The translations under genes and the position numbers were made by a program. DNA of 64,000 nt, taken from the IMG/VR virus record IMGVR_UViG_3300027861_004723. One strand, given 5' to 3'. The notes below the pieces were generated by a model. That model saw nothing but the letters and a program-made list of their open reading frames with translations, did not search any database and was not told where the DNA came from. Numbering within the stretch: the stretch's first letter is position 1; each line of letters opens with the position of its first letter. Of this stretch, positions 42,180 through 52,092 are shown one piece after another. Source of the DNA: an uncultured virus (IMG/VR IMGVR_UViG_3300027861_004723) (taxonomy: Duplodnaviria; Heunggongvirae; Uroviricota; Caudoviricetes).

Positions 42180-43250
42180 TTGGTAGTGAAGTTGAGGATG
42201 AAGCCGAGGATCGTGACAACAAGTAAGCCACAACAAGCCCAACTCAACCTTAACCGCCTCTACCAAGAATGCGACGACGCGCTCTCTTACGACATCTACT
42301 GTAAGGCTAATTGGTTTTTTGGCACGTATCCGGCCCCTAGCAGAGAAAAAAATCCTATTCAGTGGTTAGTGGGAATGTATTTAATGCAACAACTATATGT
42401 GGATGATCATAAGGGGTTAAATACATGAGTAAACTACAGCAATCCGATGTTTATTTCCACCAAGTTCGGGATAAGATGCTTCGGCCCGTGTGCCCGCCTG
42501 CTGATTCTCCTGGCCCACAGGGAGCATCATTTCATGTTTGGGCCCAAGTTATGGACCAAGTTCGGGCTCCGGTTTGGTTTCAAGTTCAAGTTTATTATCG
42601 AGTGCGGAATCAAATTTGGGAGGATAGTGAAGGGCACCCTCTTTCACAGCCAGCAAATCCGTGGGTGATATGAAGCAACAGCACCATCGGATTCAGAACA
42701 AAGTCTTGTCCCCGACTCAAATTATTGGTGATTACGTTCAGGTTCTGATTCGCGCCCGCGTCCAGGTCGAAGTTATTGATCAAGTTGATAGTCTGGTTTT
42801 GCCTATTCGAGCCCAGGTTGCAGACCAAAGTCAGTATGACAATACCAGATAGGCTACAGCAACAGAAAGTTTTTTGTCTACTACAACCGAAAGTCTGGCG
42901 TCAAGTTATAGGCCAAGTAGAAAAAGTTCCTTGGAACCGTATACACGAGATAGTAGTCCAACTTGAGGACACCCTCTTTCACAGCCAGCAAATCCGTAAT
43001 CAGGTTTGGATTGATTATCAAAATGAATGATATAGAACAAAGCATTCGCGCCACAGTTTATAGCCAAGTTTCGCAACTTACTGGCGACTACGCTATCCCT
43101 CAGCAAGTTGAGGCCCGAGTTTTTGTTCCAGTTAGGGACCAAGTTTATTTTCAAGTTGGCGACAAACTAGAGTGGAGCCTGCGTGGCAGGTGTGAAGTGG
43201 AACAGTATAAAGGCGCTGTTGCGATGTATTTGGCTATCTTTTTAATATAA
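42180..43250 (+). CDS. Tandem short QV-rich genes
   Basis: Repeated QV..QV..QIW patterns; 28-bp direct repeat at 42635 and 42970. Confidence 0.55.
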
Positions 43251-44425
43251 GTGACAAACCCGGGATCAGAAACATCAATTAAATCCATAGATAGCAAGGT
43301 TTCTACACTTGGCATAAATTCCTTTTTTACATTTTGCCCATCGCTCTGCTTACGGCCCGGTATATAGGTAGGAGCAGCAGGATCGCGGAATCTTTCATTT
43401 AACCAGCGAGCACTGATTACCGTGCGAGTTGCCAAAAGATGGTCGATTGGATAAATTTGATATGCGTCAGGAATACAACTTTCATACTGTACTTTAGCTT
43501 GGATTTTAATGTTCTTCTTTCGAGCATGAAGGAATTTTAGTTCTTTGCACCGCTCGCCTTTACACTTCGGATCATAGTTGGCTTTTGTTTTCCCACAACG
43601 GCAAGCATAATCGTGATCTCCGTCGAGATTTTTGTACTCGGCAATTTGCTTGTTTATTTCTCTGATAACCCGTTTTTTTGTAGCGGCTTCAATAGGCACA
43701 ATATTTTTTTTGGGAATATCTATAGTATTAGTATCACAGTAATCATACTTGTCAATTAGGTTCCTATCACCCTGAACTTCCCACCAGGTATCAGCACTAT
43801 CTGACCTGAAACCTTCTACGGAATAAATACAGGGGTCGTAGTCAAAAGAATCCTCGATTTGTCCTGTCAAATTTGAATATCCCATATCCTTTAGGGGTTC
43901 TGACCCAGTTACGGTTACCCACTCATCATGCCCGTGTTGCATGGCAACAGCTAAAACCATTCCACTGTAGAGGACGAACCCCAGGCCCTGTCCTGGCACT
44001 ATAACCCCAGAAGGAGTGTGGGATCGGAGACATTTTTGGTAGTTTTTTGGTTTAGCTTTTGGATCAGCTTTTCGAGCGGCGGCCTCGTTTGCTAAACGCC
44101 GTTGCACAAGGTCCTTGTGGAATGCCTCTCTTATTTTACTTTGTCCCTGCCAATTCCCGCCATCCGGGTTTCTCCTAAACTCGCGTGGCTTCCCTCGAAT
44201 ACCTATTTCTGCATCAAAATAACCGGACCCAACAGTAGACAAGTGGTTTACTGAATAATTTTTGCCGGGTTTGCTGAGAGTATGGATTATTACTTCTGAT
44301 ACATCCATACCCCCTTCTTCCTCTCCCGGTAGAGCCACGGATACTCCATACGGTTTTAAGGTTTTAGGATTGAGAATTATACCAACGGGCACAAGGTCAT
44401 GATTGTAATAAGCAAATTCTTCCAT
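43151..44425 (-). CDS. 424-aa hypothetical protein with internal FRRNP
   Basis: Long ORF directly downstream of the 44431 gene. Confidence 0.75.
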   Translation of the reverse strand: MEEFAYYNHDLVPVGIILNPKTLKPYGVSVALPGEEEGGMDVSEVIIHTLSKPGKNYSVNHLSTVGSGYFDAEIGIRGKPREFRRNPDGGNWQGQSKIREAFHKDLVQRRLANEAAARKADPKAKPKNYQKCLRSHTPSGVIVPGQGLGFVLYSGMVLAVAMQHGHDEWVTVTGSEPLKDMGYSNLTGQIEDSFDYDPCIYSVEGFRSDSADTWWEVQGDRNLIDKYDYCDTNTIDIPKKNIVPIEAATKKRVIREINKQIAEYKNLDGDHDYACRCGKTKANYDPKCKGERCKELKFLHARKKNIKIQAKVQYESCIPDAYQIYPIDHLLATRTVISARWLNERFRDPAAPTYIPGRKQSDGQNVKKEFMPSVETLLSMDLIDVSDPGFVTYIKKIAKYIATAPLYCSTSHLPRRLHSSLSPT

Positions 44426-44430
44426 TTGTT

Positions 44431-45096
44431 TTAGGCAGGATATCCCTGAGCATCAAAACAATCCTCAATCACCCTTAGCATACACTTTTGTAGGTTTTCC
44501 CAGTGTCGCGCACCGTGCGCTTCAAACCTTGGGTCGCCTGGGTGGTCAAGAGCACCCGTCAGCCGCACGCCGAGCCCGCCGACAGCGACGTGAGTGTCCT
44601 CGTGAGAGCCCTTATCCTTCATCCACCAGTAAGAGAATTCATCAGGAATCTCTTTTCCACGGGAGTCTAGGGTCAGGCCTGTTAGCACGCCCGCATGAAG
44701 AGTAATGGCTCCTAATAGCCTTACAGCCTCAATCCTTAACTCTGGGTATAGATGGAAATCATCTCCAGAAATCATATGGTCTAGTCTATCACACATCATA
44801 TTAAACACGTCCGTTTGCACACGCAACGTTTCTAGTCTTCCGTGAGCGAAGATTAAATTCCCGTCAATATCTCGGTCCTGATTTGGTCCTCTTTCGTGAT
44901 GACCTCTTGCAATCGGATCTCGCAGAACATGACGTTCTGTCCGAAGGTCTACAGCCCATTTGCGCTCGTCGTCGAGGGGCAGGTCTCCGTGATCCACCCG
45001 GTCGAGTGGCTTAGACTTTTTCTTTACCTTTTTCTTTGCGTTTCGGCGGTAATAGTGTTGTGGTTCATCTTCGGGATTTCTTCTTCTTCTATACAT
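44431..45096 (-). CDS. Protein starting MYRRRRNPEDEPQHYYRRNA
   Basis: TGCTATACT promoter and GGAG RBS before ATG 45096. Confidence 0.8.
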   Translation of the reverse strand: MYRRRRNPEDEPQHYYRRNAKKKVKKKSKPLDRVDHGDLPLDDERKWAVDLRTERHVLRDPIARGHHERGPNQDRDIDGNLIFAHGRLETLRVQTDVFNMMCDRLDHMISGDDFHLYPELRIEAVRLLGAITLHAGVLTGLTLDSRGKEIPDEFSYWWMKDKGSHEDTHVAVGGLGVRLTGALDHPGDPRFEAHGARHWENLQKCMLRVIEDCFDAQGYPA

Positions 45097-45181
45097 AGTA
45101 AGTCTCCAACTATGAGTATAGCAAATTATGATCAACCCGAATTAAGATTATGATAGAATAAGATGAGGAACTGAGGAACGT

Positions 45182-45775
45182 ATGGCACAGATAAACCCGA
45201 CTGGCATAGACCTGACAACTGGTCAGAGAAGACAATTAACATCCAGCGATACATTGGCAGATGCAGGCGGCGGCTCTTTAGCAGTTGGAGATTTGATCCT
45301 CATAGAGAAGAAAGAAATAACATCGCACACCACCACAACTACTTTTTCGGGCCTTGATGGAAATACCGATGGTATTTATGTTCTTCAATCCTTTTGGGTT
45401 TCCGATACAGCAGCGAGCCCTCTTCTTTACTTGAACCCTAACGGGCTCACTACTAACCAAATTTCTGAAAGTGCTAACCTATCAACTTCTTACGGATGGG
45501 CGAACAGTTCTAGAAACCTGATAGCCGATAATTTCACCACAACAAATCAAAGCTATTGTGTAACCCATATTTGGGCGAGGGCTGCCGGTCCAGGGGCTAC
45601 GAGTTTGCGTCGTTTGTTTAAAACAAATCATCAAAGAGGACGCTCTACATTTATGAAGGCTGGTGAGTGGAGCGATACCTCCACCAATTTAACCTCTCTA
45701 GTGCTTGAGTCTAGTGTGGCCTCCAACATCAGAATTGGCAGCACGTTCATACTCTACAAGTTAGCGTCAGCGTAA
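45182..45775 (+). CDS. Putative virion or tail-fibre-associated protein, paralogue of 24510..25103
   Basis: Same length (197 aa) and shared motifs. Confidence 0.55.
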   Translation: MAQINPTGIDLTTGQRRQLTSSDTLADAGGGSLAVGDLILIEKKEITSHTTTTTFSGLDGNTDGIYVLQSFWVSDTAASPLLYLNPNGLTTNQISESANLSTSYGWANSSRNLIADNFTTTNQSYCVTHIWARAAGPGATSLRRLFKTNHQRGRSTFMKAGEWSDTSTNLTSLVLESSVASNIRIGSTFILYKLASA

Positions 45776-45799
45776 CAAGTAATTTGCTATACTACATTC

Positions 45800-46276
45800 A
45801 TGCCAATAATGCCAGCAACCCGACACGTCTTTGCCAAGCACTCGCTCAATGACCACGTTTTTGGCAGCAAGAAGCCTCTTCGCCACCCATCGGTAATAAA
45901 AGAGCAGCGATATTTGCCGCCACCTGACGATGCTCCCTTTATCGAGCGGGTCTATGATCTGAACTCTGTTCTTAAAGCAGCTAATTACTTAGTTCGAGTT
46001 GAGGATCGGATGTTGCCAGTCGCCTTCTTTGCGGAACCTCGCTACGGTTTTACGACAATCATAGGTCTTTTGACTAAAGTTCGGAAATGGAAAAGCCAGG
46101 GATATACCCAAATCCGAATGATCCATAAACCAGATGCCAAAGTAAGCATTCATCAACCTTTTGGCAGATACTATGTTTGGGAATGGCGGCTGAAAACCCT
46201 TAAGGACATTGAGCCAATAAACCAAAGAGCCCCTGGAAATCTAGCTGGGGTTGATTATTGGTTTGGGAATAAGTAG
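45800..46276 (+). CDS. Hypothetical protein, leaderless
   Basis: TGCTATACT 6 nt before ATG. Confidence 0.7.
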   Translation: MPIMPATRHVFAKHSLNDHVFGSKKPLRHPSVIKEQRYLPPPDDAPFIERVYDLNSVLKAANYLVRVEDRMLPVAFFAEPRYGFTTIIGLLTKVRKWKSQGYTQIRMIHKPDAKVSIHQPFGRYYVWEWRLKTLKDIEPINQRAPGNLAGVDYWFGNK

Positions 46277-46589
46277 CAAAGATCAGCGTTGATCTTTGGG
46301 CTTTGATCTTTGTATACGCTGGTATTCGTGCCAAGATAGTAATTGATTTGCTAGGTCGGCTTGCTTGTGCCTGCTGCGCCTGGCGATCCCTAGCCCCCTG
46401 GCTGCCAACGCGGGTTTAGTATCGGATTAACTCCATAATCTTCTACCATACGTTGCCGGGTTTCGGGATAAAGAATCCAGGCAGCTATTCTGTTTGTTAG
46501 CGTGGGAATTGATCGTTTATTCATAAGCTCATGGTAACAAAGATCAAAGATCAGCGCCACTACAACATCTTTCGCGCACTTGTTAGCGC

Positions 46590-47630
46590 ACTGATACAAA
46601 CTTGCAACAAACTTGCAACAGCAACAGTAAGTTTTCAAAATTGCAACAGTTTGCAAAAGTTTGCAAAAAGTTGCTATAAGTTGTTTGTTTTCAACACCTT
46701 AGCGGTTACCACAAAGGGGATAGTCGGTGTAACCTACTGTCATATAAGGACTTATGACGAAACATATAATCTGCACCGGGGGGATGGGGGATGAGACGCC
46801 TGCGTCGGAAAAGCAGACTTATAGGACGCAACCGCTTGTAAACAGCTTACCAGAGCTTTGATACATGCTTAAAACGCTAAATGCACGTATACATGCACCT
46901 TTTAAGGCAAAAACGCGCTAAAAACAGCGTTACGTTGCACAAAGCTAGTAACTATGCTAATCAAAACTACGTTTCGGAATTGTGCGTGTTTGTTATCACG
47001 TTTGCTATAAAAACGCTTAAAAAGGGCCATTCTGGGCGTCGGTTTTCGGAGATGTTCGGGTTTTATTAGGTTTGGGGTAGGTTCGGGCGCTAGTTAGGGG
47101 TAAGTTAGGGTCTGGGCCTCGATGTTCGGGGTAGGTTAGGGTCCAGTGGCCCCCTACCAGTGGCCCCATATAAGGACTTAGGGCATAGTGGCCTAAACCA
47201 CTATCCCATATAGGGTTACGCTAAGGGTTGACCAGTGGTCTAGGCCATGATACCTTATAGGCAGTAGAGGACCGCTGGCCCCGTCCAGTGGCCCCTACCA
47301 GTGGCCCCAGGGGGGCGCTACCAGGGGGTCCAGTGGCCCCTACCAGTGGCCCCAGGAGGGCGCTAGGGGGTCCAGTGGCCTAAGCCTTTATCCCCCACCA
47401 CTTTACGCTAAGGGTTGCACTGGCCTAAACCCGTGGTATCTTATGGGTATTGGAGGGGTGTAGAGGCTTAGGCCAGTGCCCCCCAGGAGCCCAGGAGGGC
47501 GTGACACTGGCCCCAACCAGGGGCGTAGTATAGAGGGATAACCCCAGGAGCGGCCTAAGCGCCTATCCCAAGGCCCCTAAAGGACTTAGAGGAGCGGGGA
47601 GATAATCTCAACGCTAAGGGTTGTTTGAGC
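46590..47630. repeat. Non-coding repeat block (TTGCAA repeats, AAAACGC tracts, CCAGTGGCCCC repeats, ACGCTAAGGGTTG x3)
   Basis: No credible ORF; CCAGTGGCCCC(C)TACCAGTGGCCCC at about 47143, 47286 and 47330, plus single copies on both strands. Confidence 0.8.
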
Positions 47631-47684
47631 GGAAAAGCCGCTTACCCTATGGGCAGTGAAGAAGAACCACCAACGGAGAATTGA

Positions 47685-48008
47685 TTGAATATCAAAGCGT
47701 ATCTAACCGCCTTTCATAGCGAGGACGATAAGGGTCAAGTAAAGGTCCGCCCTATTCGGGTGCCTCAGACGATCTTAGCGGGCCTTGACAGCGAGGACAC
47801 CAACGCGCTGCTAAACGAGGCGTTCCGCTACGGGCAAAACGATTTCCAGCCTGTTGAGGGCTGCTACTCGCTCTCTGTGGGCGACGTGGTGGAGCTAGAC
47901 CCCGCTCGCCGCTATCGAGTCGCGTCGTTCGGATTTAAGCCGCTAGCGCCCTCTGACGATCCCGTGGCGCTAATCGGCTGGGACGCCCAGCAGGCTGGCC
48001 GGGGTTAG
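47685..48008 (+). CDS. YodL-like domain protein
   Basis: YSLSVGDVVEL....YRVASFGF; GGAG RBS. Confidence 0.55.
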   Translation: MNIKAYLTAFHSEDDKGQVKVRPIRVPQTILAGLDSEDTNALLNEAFRYGQNDFQPVEGCYSLSVGDVVELDPARRYRVASFGFKPLAPSDDPVALIGWDAQQAGRG

Positions 48009-48168
48009 TCCTTACGCTCTTTGCCCCCTATCCGTTTACCGGGTAGGGGGCTTAGGGCGATGCCCAGTAAAGGGTAGCACCGAAACGACTTAGAGATAAT
48101 CGGCGCTATCACTTGACTGGACAACGAGTCGGGTTTAAGATTGGCGACAGACGAGCAGGGAGGCTCTT

Positions 48169-49056
48169 ATGACGACTACGGCAGAAAAAGGCAAGACGCT
48201 AACAGCGTGCTGCCAGTGGGGGTTCTGGCAGGAGCCGGTGACGAACGCCGAGGGTCAATATACCGACCTTAGCGGCAAGGTCATCAAGAAGCCTATCATG
48301 CGGTGGGTTGAGGTGGGAACGCCCTGCAAGCCCTGTTTCGCCAAGGCTCAGGCCGAGCTAGACGACACCTGCGCCGATGGCCGGTGCAGCAAGGGCTTTT
48401 TCTGCGAGCAGCACGGCACGCAATACGACACGCCCCAGGAGTGGCCTACCACTAAGGCGGAGTACGAGGCCACTTTCGGCCAGCACCGTAACGTGCAGGT
48501 AGAGGGCGAGCGCAAGGTCGTTAGCGCCTATCACCGAAACCCGCTAACCGCTTTGACGGCTCTGGCGAAGCTGACCCAGCCCGCCCCCAAAGGCCGCAGC
48601 GTCAAAGAGTCGCTAACGGCGGTAAAGGCCGCTGTGGACCGGGTTTACACCCCGGAGGGGATCGACGCTATGGCTCGCCGCTGCCTCACCGAGCAGCAGA
48701 GCCAGGGACGCCACTGGCCCCTTTACGGGCAAGGGCTTTACGGGGATACCATTATTCTCGACAGCAACGCGGCGCTCTACCTCGCCCGCCTGGACGGAGA
48801 GGCCCCGGAGGTCGCCCAGGACGAGCCCCACGAGGACGAGCCCCAGGCCGCGACTCTGGTAGAGGAGGAGGACGACTACCCCGAGCCCGCCTACCAGGCT
48901 GACCCCGACGAGGGCCGTAGCGCCCTGGAGTGCGCCCTAGAGGCCGACTCCGAGGAGGAGGAGGCCGACGACGACGCGGACGCCTACGAGGCTCCCGCCG
49001 CCCAGGACGACGCCGACGACGCCGCCGCCCGCTGGCTCGCCCAGCACGAAGGATAG
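48169..49056 (+). CDS. Early protein with acidic C-terminus
   Basis: GGAGG RBS, own promoter, high GC. Confidence 0.75.
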   Translation: MTTTAEKGKTLTACCQWGFWQEPVTNAEGQYTDLSGKVIKKPIMRWVEVGTPCKPCFAKAQAELDDTCADGRCSKGFFCEQHGTQYDTPQEWPTTKAEYEATFGQHRNVQVEGERKVVSAYHRNPLTALTALAKLTQPAPKGRSVKESLTAVKAAVDRVYTPEGIDAMARRCLTEQQSQGRHWPLYGQGLYGDTIILDSNAALYLARLDGEAPEVAQDEPHEDEPQAATLVEEEDDYPEPAYQADPDEGRSALECALEADSEEEEADDDADAYEAPAAQDDADDAAARWLAQHEG

Positions 49057-49186
49057 GCCACTATCCCCCGCCCCGCTGCCCCCTACCAGCCCGACGCTGG
49101 TAGGGGGCTTAGGGCGATGCCCCTTATCTTGACAGGGATTGGTCGGCAGGCGATAATACCCACTAACCCAGCAAAAGGAGCCAAAC

Positions 49187-49471
49187 GTGGCAAAGACAAA
49201 GAATAAGCCTAAGAAGGCGAAGAAGTCACAAAAGGTCGAAGATACGGCTGAAGGCGCTTTTGTCCTAGAGTGGCTTGAAGAAGCCTGCGACGAATCAAAG
49301 GCCCTTAACGCTATTTTTAGCGACTCCTCGAAAAAGACATTGCGGACGTTTATCGCCGCGATGTGCGAACTCTGCGATGATTACGCAGAGGCCCTCTACG
49401 ACGACGAGGGCGACGACGAGGAGGACTACAGCGACGACGACGAGGACGACGACGAGGACGACGAGGACTAG
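49187..49471 (+). CDS. Small protein with basic N-terminus and very acidic D/E tail
   Basis: AAGGAG RBS; promoter at 49129. Confidence 0.75.
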   Translation: MAKTKNKPKKAKKSQKVEDTAEGAFVLEWLEEACDESKALNAIFSDSSKKTLRTFIAAMCELCDDYAEALYDDEGDDEEDYSDDDEDDDEDDED

Positions 49472-49498
49472 CCAACCGGCCAGACCCGAGCCCCAGAG

Positions 49499-49532
49499 AG
49501 GCCCTTACCGCTTTTAGTGGTAAGGGCCTTTT
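49499..49532 (+). terminator. Intrinsic terminator
   Basis: AGGCCCTTACCGCT / AGTGGTAAGGGCCT followed by a T-run. Confidence 0.75.
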
Positions 49533-50768
49533 CTGCATCTTTACCGCTTTATTTATTCTTGCGCTATGTATTGACTGGCTAAGAAGCCGCATGGTATGAT
49601 GCCAGGTTCGGTTTAGTGCGTTCCCAGATATGGGCTCAGAGGTCAAAGATCAGCGCACCAGATATGGGAAATGAGACGCAAATGAGCCAGTGGCCTTTTG
49701 TGACACGAACCGTTAGGGCCTACCCTAACTCTACCCTAACGGTGAATGTCTGACGCCAGATAACGGCTACCTAGAGGGGTGATGCTGGCCTTTTGTGGGT
49801 AGGGCCGTAGGAGCTTACCCAGTGGCCTATGAAACGAACCCCCATACGGTAGTATGGAGAGCCGATAAAAGCCGTTAGAGACGCCCCCAGTAGCTCTAAG
49901 AGTGTCAAGAACAAAAGCGGTTATCTCACGGAGTTTTCTTTCTTTTTTATTGGCTACGCTATGGGTTGACTGGACCCGGATAGTGCCTTAGCCTATGGGC
50001 AGTGGAAAGCAACTAGGAGGGCTTAAAATGTACGGAGGCAATTTCATGGGGCGGCTCGTGCCGTGCTCAATGTGTGGAAAAGCGGAAAGCGCGACAGACG
50101 CTAGCCCCTTTTGCGGAGCCTGTAACGAGGCTTATTACGCCGAGCAAGAGGAAGGCCGTAAGGCCGTAAAGGACACCCGCCAGTGCCGTTGCGAGGACTG
50201 CGAGGCACCGGGTCACTGCCGCAACTGTGGCGGCTGCGTCTACGAGATGAGCACCACAAGCGGATTGTGCGATAGCTGCTATCTTGGCGCGGGGTAAAGG
50301 TTTAAGGGCCTGGCAAGAAAATGCTTTTGCATATCTTGCCAGGAACCCTTACCCCGATTAAGATAGGGGCATAACCACCCAGGAGCGAACCTTGACCTTA
50401 GACGACGCCCACGAGATTGTTGAGCAATTAGATGCCAACAACGTCAACTCGACGATTTACTACGGCTATCAAGGCCGTGGCATGGACAACGCCACCACGG
50501 GCGTCGTTACCCGCAACGCGGACGACGCAATAGACGCTATGACCCAGCGAGGGATTATCTGGTCTTTCCGCCAGGACGCTATGGGGCTCGACACAATAAT
50601 CTACTAGGTCACTTGACAGTAATTCCTACCCGGTGTAGGATACGGCATAACGAAAACACGAGTCCTTCCTTCCTCTCGCCTGTTTGAAGCCCGCTATCGC
50701 TTGTTGCGATAGCGGGCTTAGGGTGATGCCGGGAGACTGGCACTAAACCACCAAACAAAGGCAATCCC

Positions 50769-51128
50769 TTGACCAACTTGCAGAGAATCCTAAACTTTCT
50801 CGCTGGGAACCCCCAGCCCCAGAGCGCCGCGAACATCGCTCGTGCCATGACGATCAAGGTCGGCACCGTCCGCGCCAACCTCAAGCGAGCGCGGGAGGCC
50901 GGAACGGTCCAGGCCAGCAAGCAGGGCAACGCCCAGCACTGGACCCTGGCGACGGTCCACGTCAACAAGGGGCGCACCACTCGTGCCCTGATCGTCTTGC
51001 TGCGCGAGCGCCAGGCCAAGCACCGAGAGGCCCTGGCGACCGGCTGGAGCCGCCGCGAGCGCCAGCAGGCCCGCCGAGGGGTCAAGCGCACCACGCGCCG
51101 CCTGGCGACCTTGGAGGCCCGCGTTTAG
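50769..51128 (+). CDS. Winged-helix DNA-binding protein
   Basis: RILNFL...SAANIARAM.IKVGTVRANLKR.REAG.V pattern. Confidence 0.65.
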   Translation: MTNLQRILNFLAGNPQPQSAANIARAMTIKVGTVRANLKRAREAGTVQASKQGNAQHWTLATVHVNKGRTTRALIVLLRERQAKHREALATGWSRRERQQARRGVKRTTRRLATLEARV

Positions 51129-51435
51129 CGGGTTACCCGCTCTTTCCCCCTAACCCCCTATCCGCCAGTCGGGTAGGGGGTTTAGGGCGATGCCGCCCAG
51201 GCGCAGTAAACCGCTAAAAAGCGACGGTAGCTGCAAAGGGAGCTAACTTTTAATGTTCGACGCCTCCTACCCGTTTAGCGGGTAGGGGGCTTAGAGCGAT
51301 GAGGCTGCTAAACACAGCAACATACACTAAGAAAGTTTCTTTTGTATGTATCGACAGGAATCGCAGAGAACCGTAGAATACAAACCGTCGAGCAGCAAGC
51401 ACGACAACGAACCCACCCGCTAGGAGTAGCAAACA

Positions 51436-52092
51436 ATGAGCATCGCTGACAAATTGAAGGCCCCAGAGGCTCCCGAAGCCGCCACCGCAACCGCCAGCAC
51501 GCCCGAGCCTGCCGTCGAGCCGAAGGCCAGCGCCAAGCCCCGGAAGCCCCGGAAGCCGCGCAAGCCCAAGAACACGATCACCGAGGCCGACGCGACGGCT
51601 TTCGCCGCCATGTTCAGCCCGGAGGAGATCCGCGCCAAGCTGTCCAGCCAGCACGTTGCCGCTCTCGGAACGTCGAGCTTCGAGAAGATCGTCGCTGGCC
51701 TTGTGGAACTGGGCCAGGCGTCCGAGAAGGAAGCCAAGGGGATCGAGTCCGTCCGCGTCTACCGCGACGGTCGCATTAAGACGAGCGGCGCTCGCAAGCA
51801 GCGTGCCAAGCGCACCCTGGGTGCCCGCCTTGGCGGCGACGAGGGTAGCGCCGAGCCCGAGGGTGAGGGTGAGGTCTTGCAGGCCGCGCTTGTCGCGCTC
51901 TACAGCAGCGAGGGCGGGCCGAAGCAGGCCGCAATCGTGGCGGCTCTCGCCAAGACGCGCCAGGGCGTCGAGTGCAGCCAGGCGACCGTCTCCAACTGGC
52001 TCCGAGGCGCGATCCCGAGCGCCCGCTTCCACAAGCGGCTCCGCAAGGTCTTGGAAAAGGCCGGGTTCCTCGAAACCGAGGCTAGCGACTAA
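51436..52092 (+). CDS. Protein with C-terminal XRE-like HTH
   Basis: QAAIVAAL...SQATVSNWLRG..P; AGGAG RBS. Confidence 0.6.
   Translation: MSIADKLKAPEAPEAATATASTPEPAVEPKASAKPRKPRKPRKPKNTITEADATAFAAMFSPEEIRAKLSSQHVAALGTSSFEKIVAGLVELGQASEKEAKGIESVRVYRDGRIKTSGARKQRAKRTLGARLGGDEGSAEPEGEGEVLQAALVALYSSEGGPKQAAIVAALAKTRQGVECSQATVSNWLRGAIPSARFHKRLRKVLEKAGFLETEASD

Noticed and set aside
42635..42997. DGR template/variable repeat pair
   Set aside because: Only 28 bp, identical with no adenine-specific differences, and no reverse transcriptase in the window.
23045..45096. RR motifs as Tat signal peptides
   Set aside because: No hydrophobic h-region follows, and the motifs also occur internally and at a C-terminus.
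46390..47069. ORFs 46390, 46531 and 46881
   Set aside because: They translate repeat-rich sequence and lack RBS or leaderless promoter geometry.
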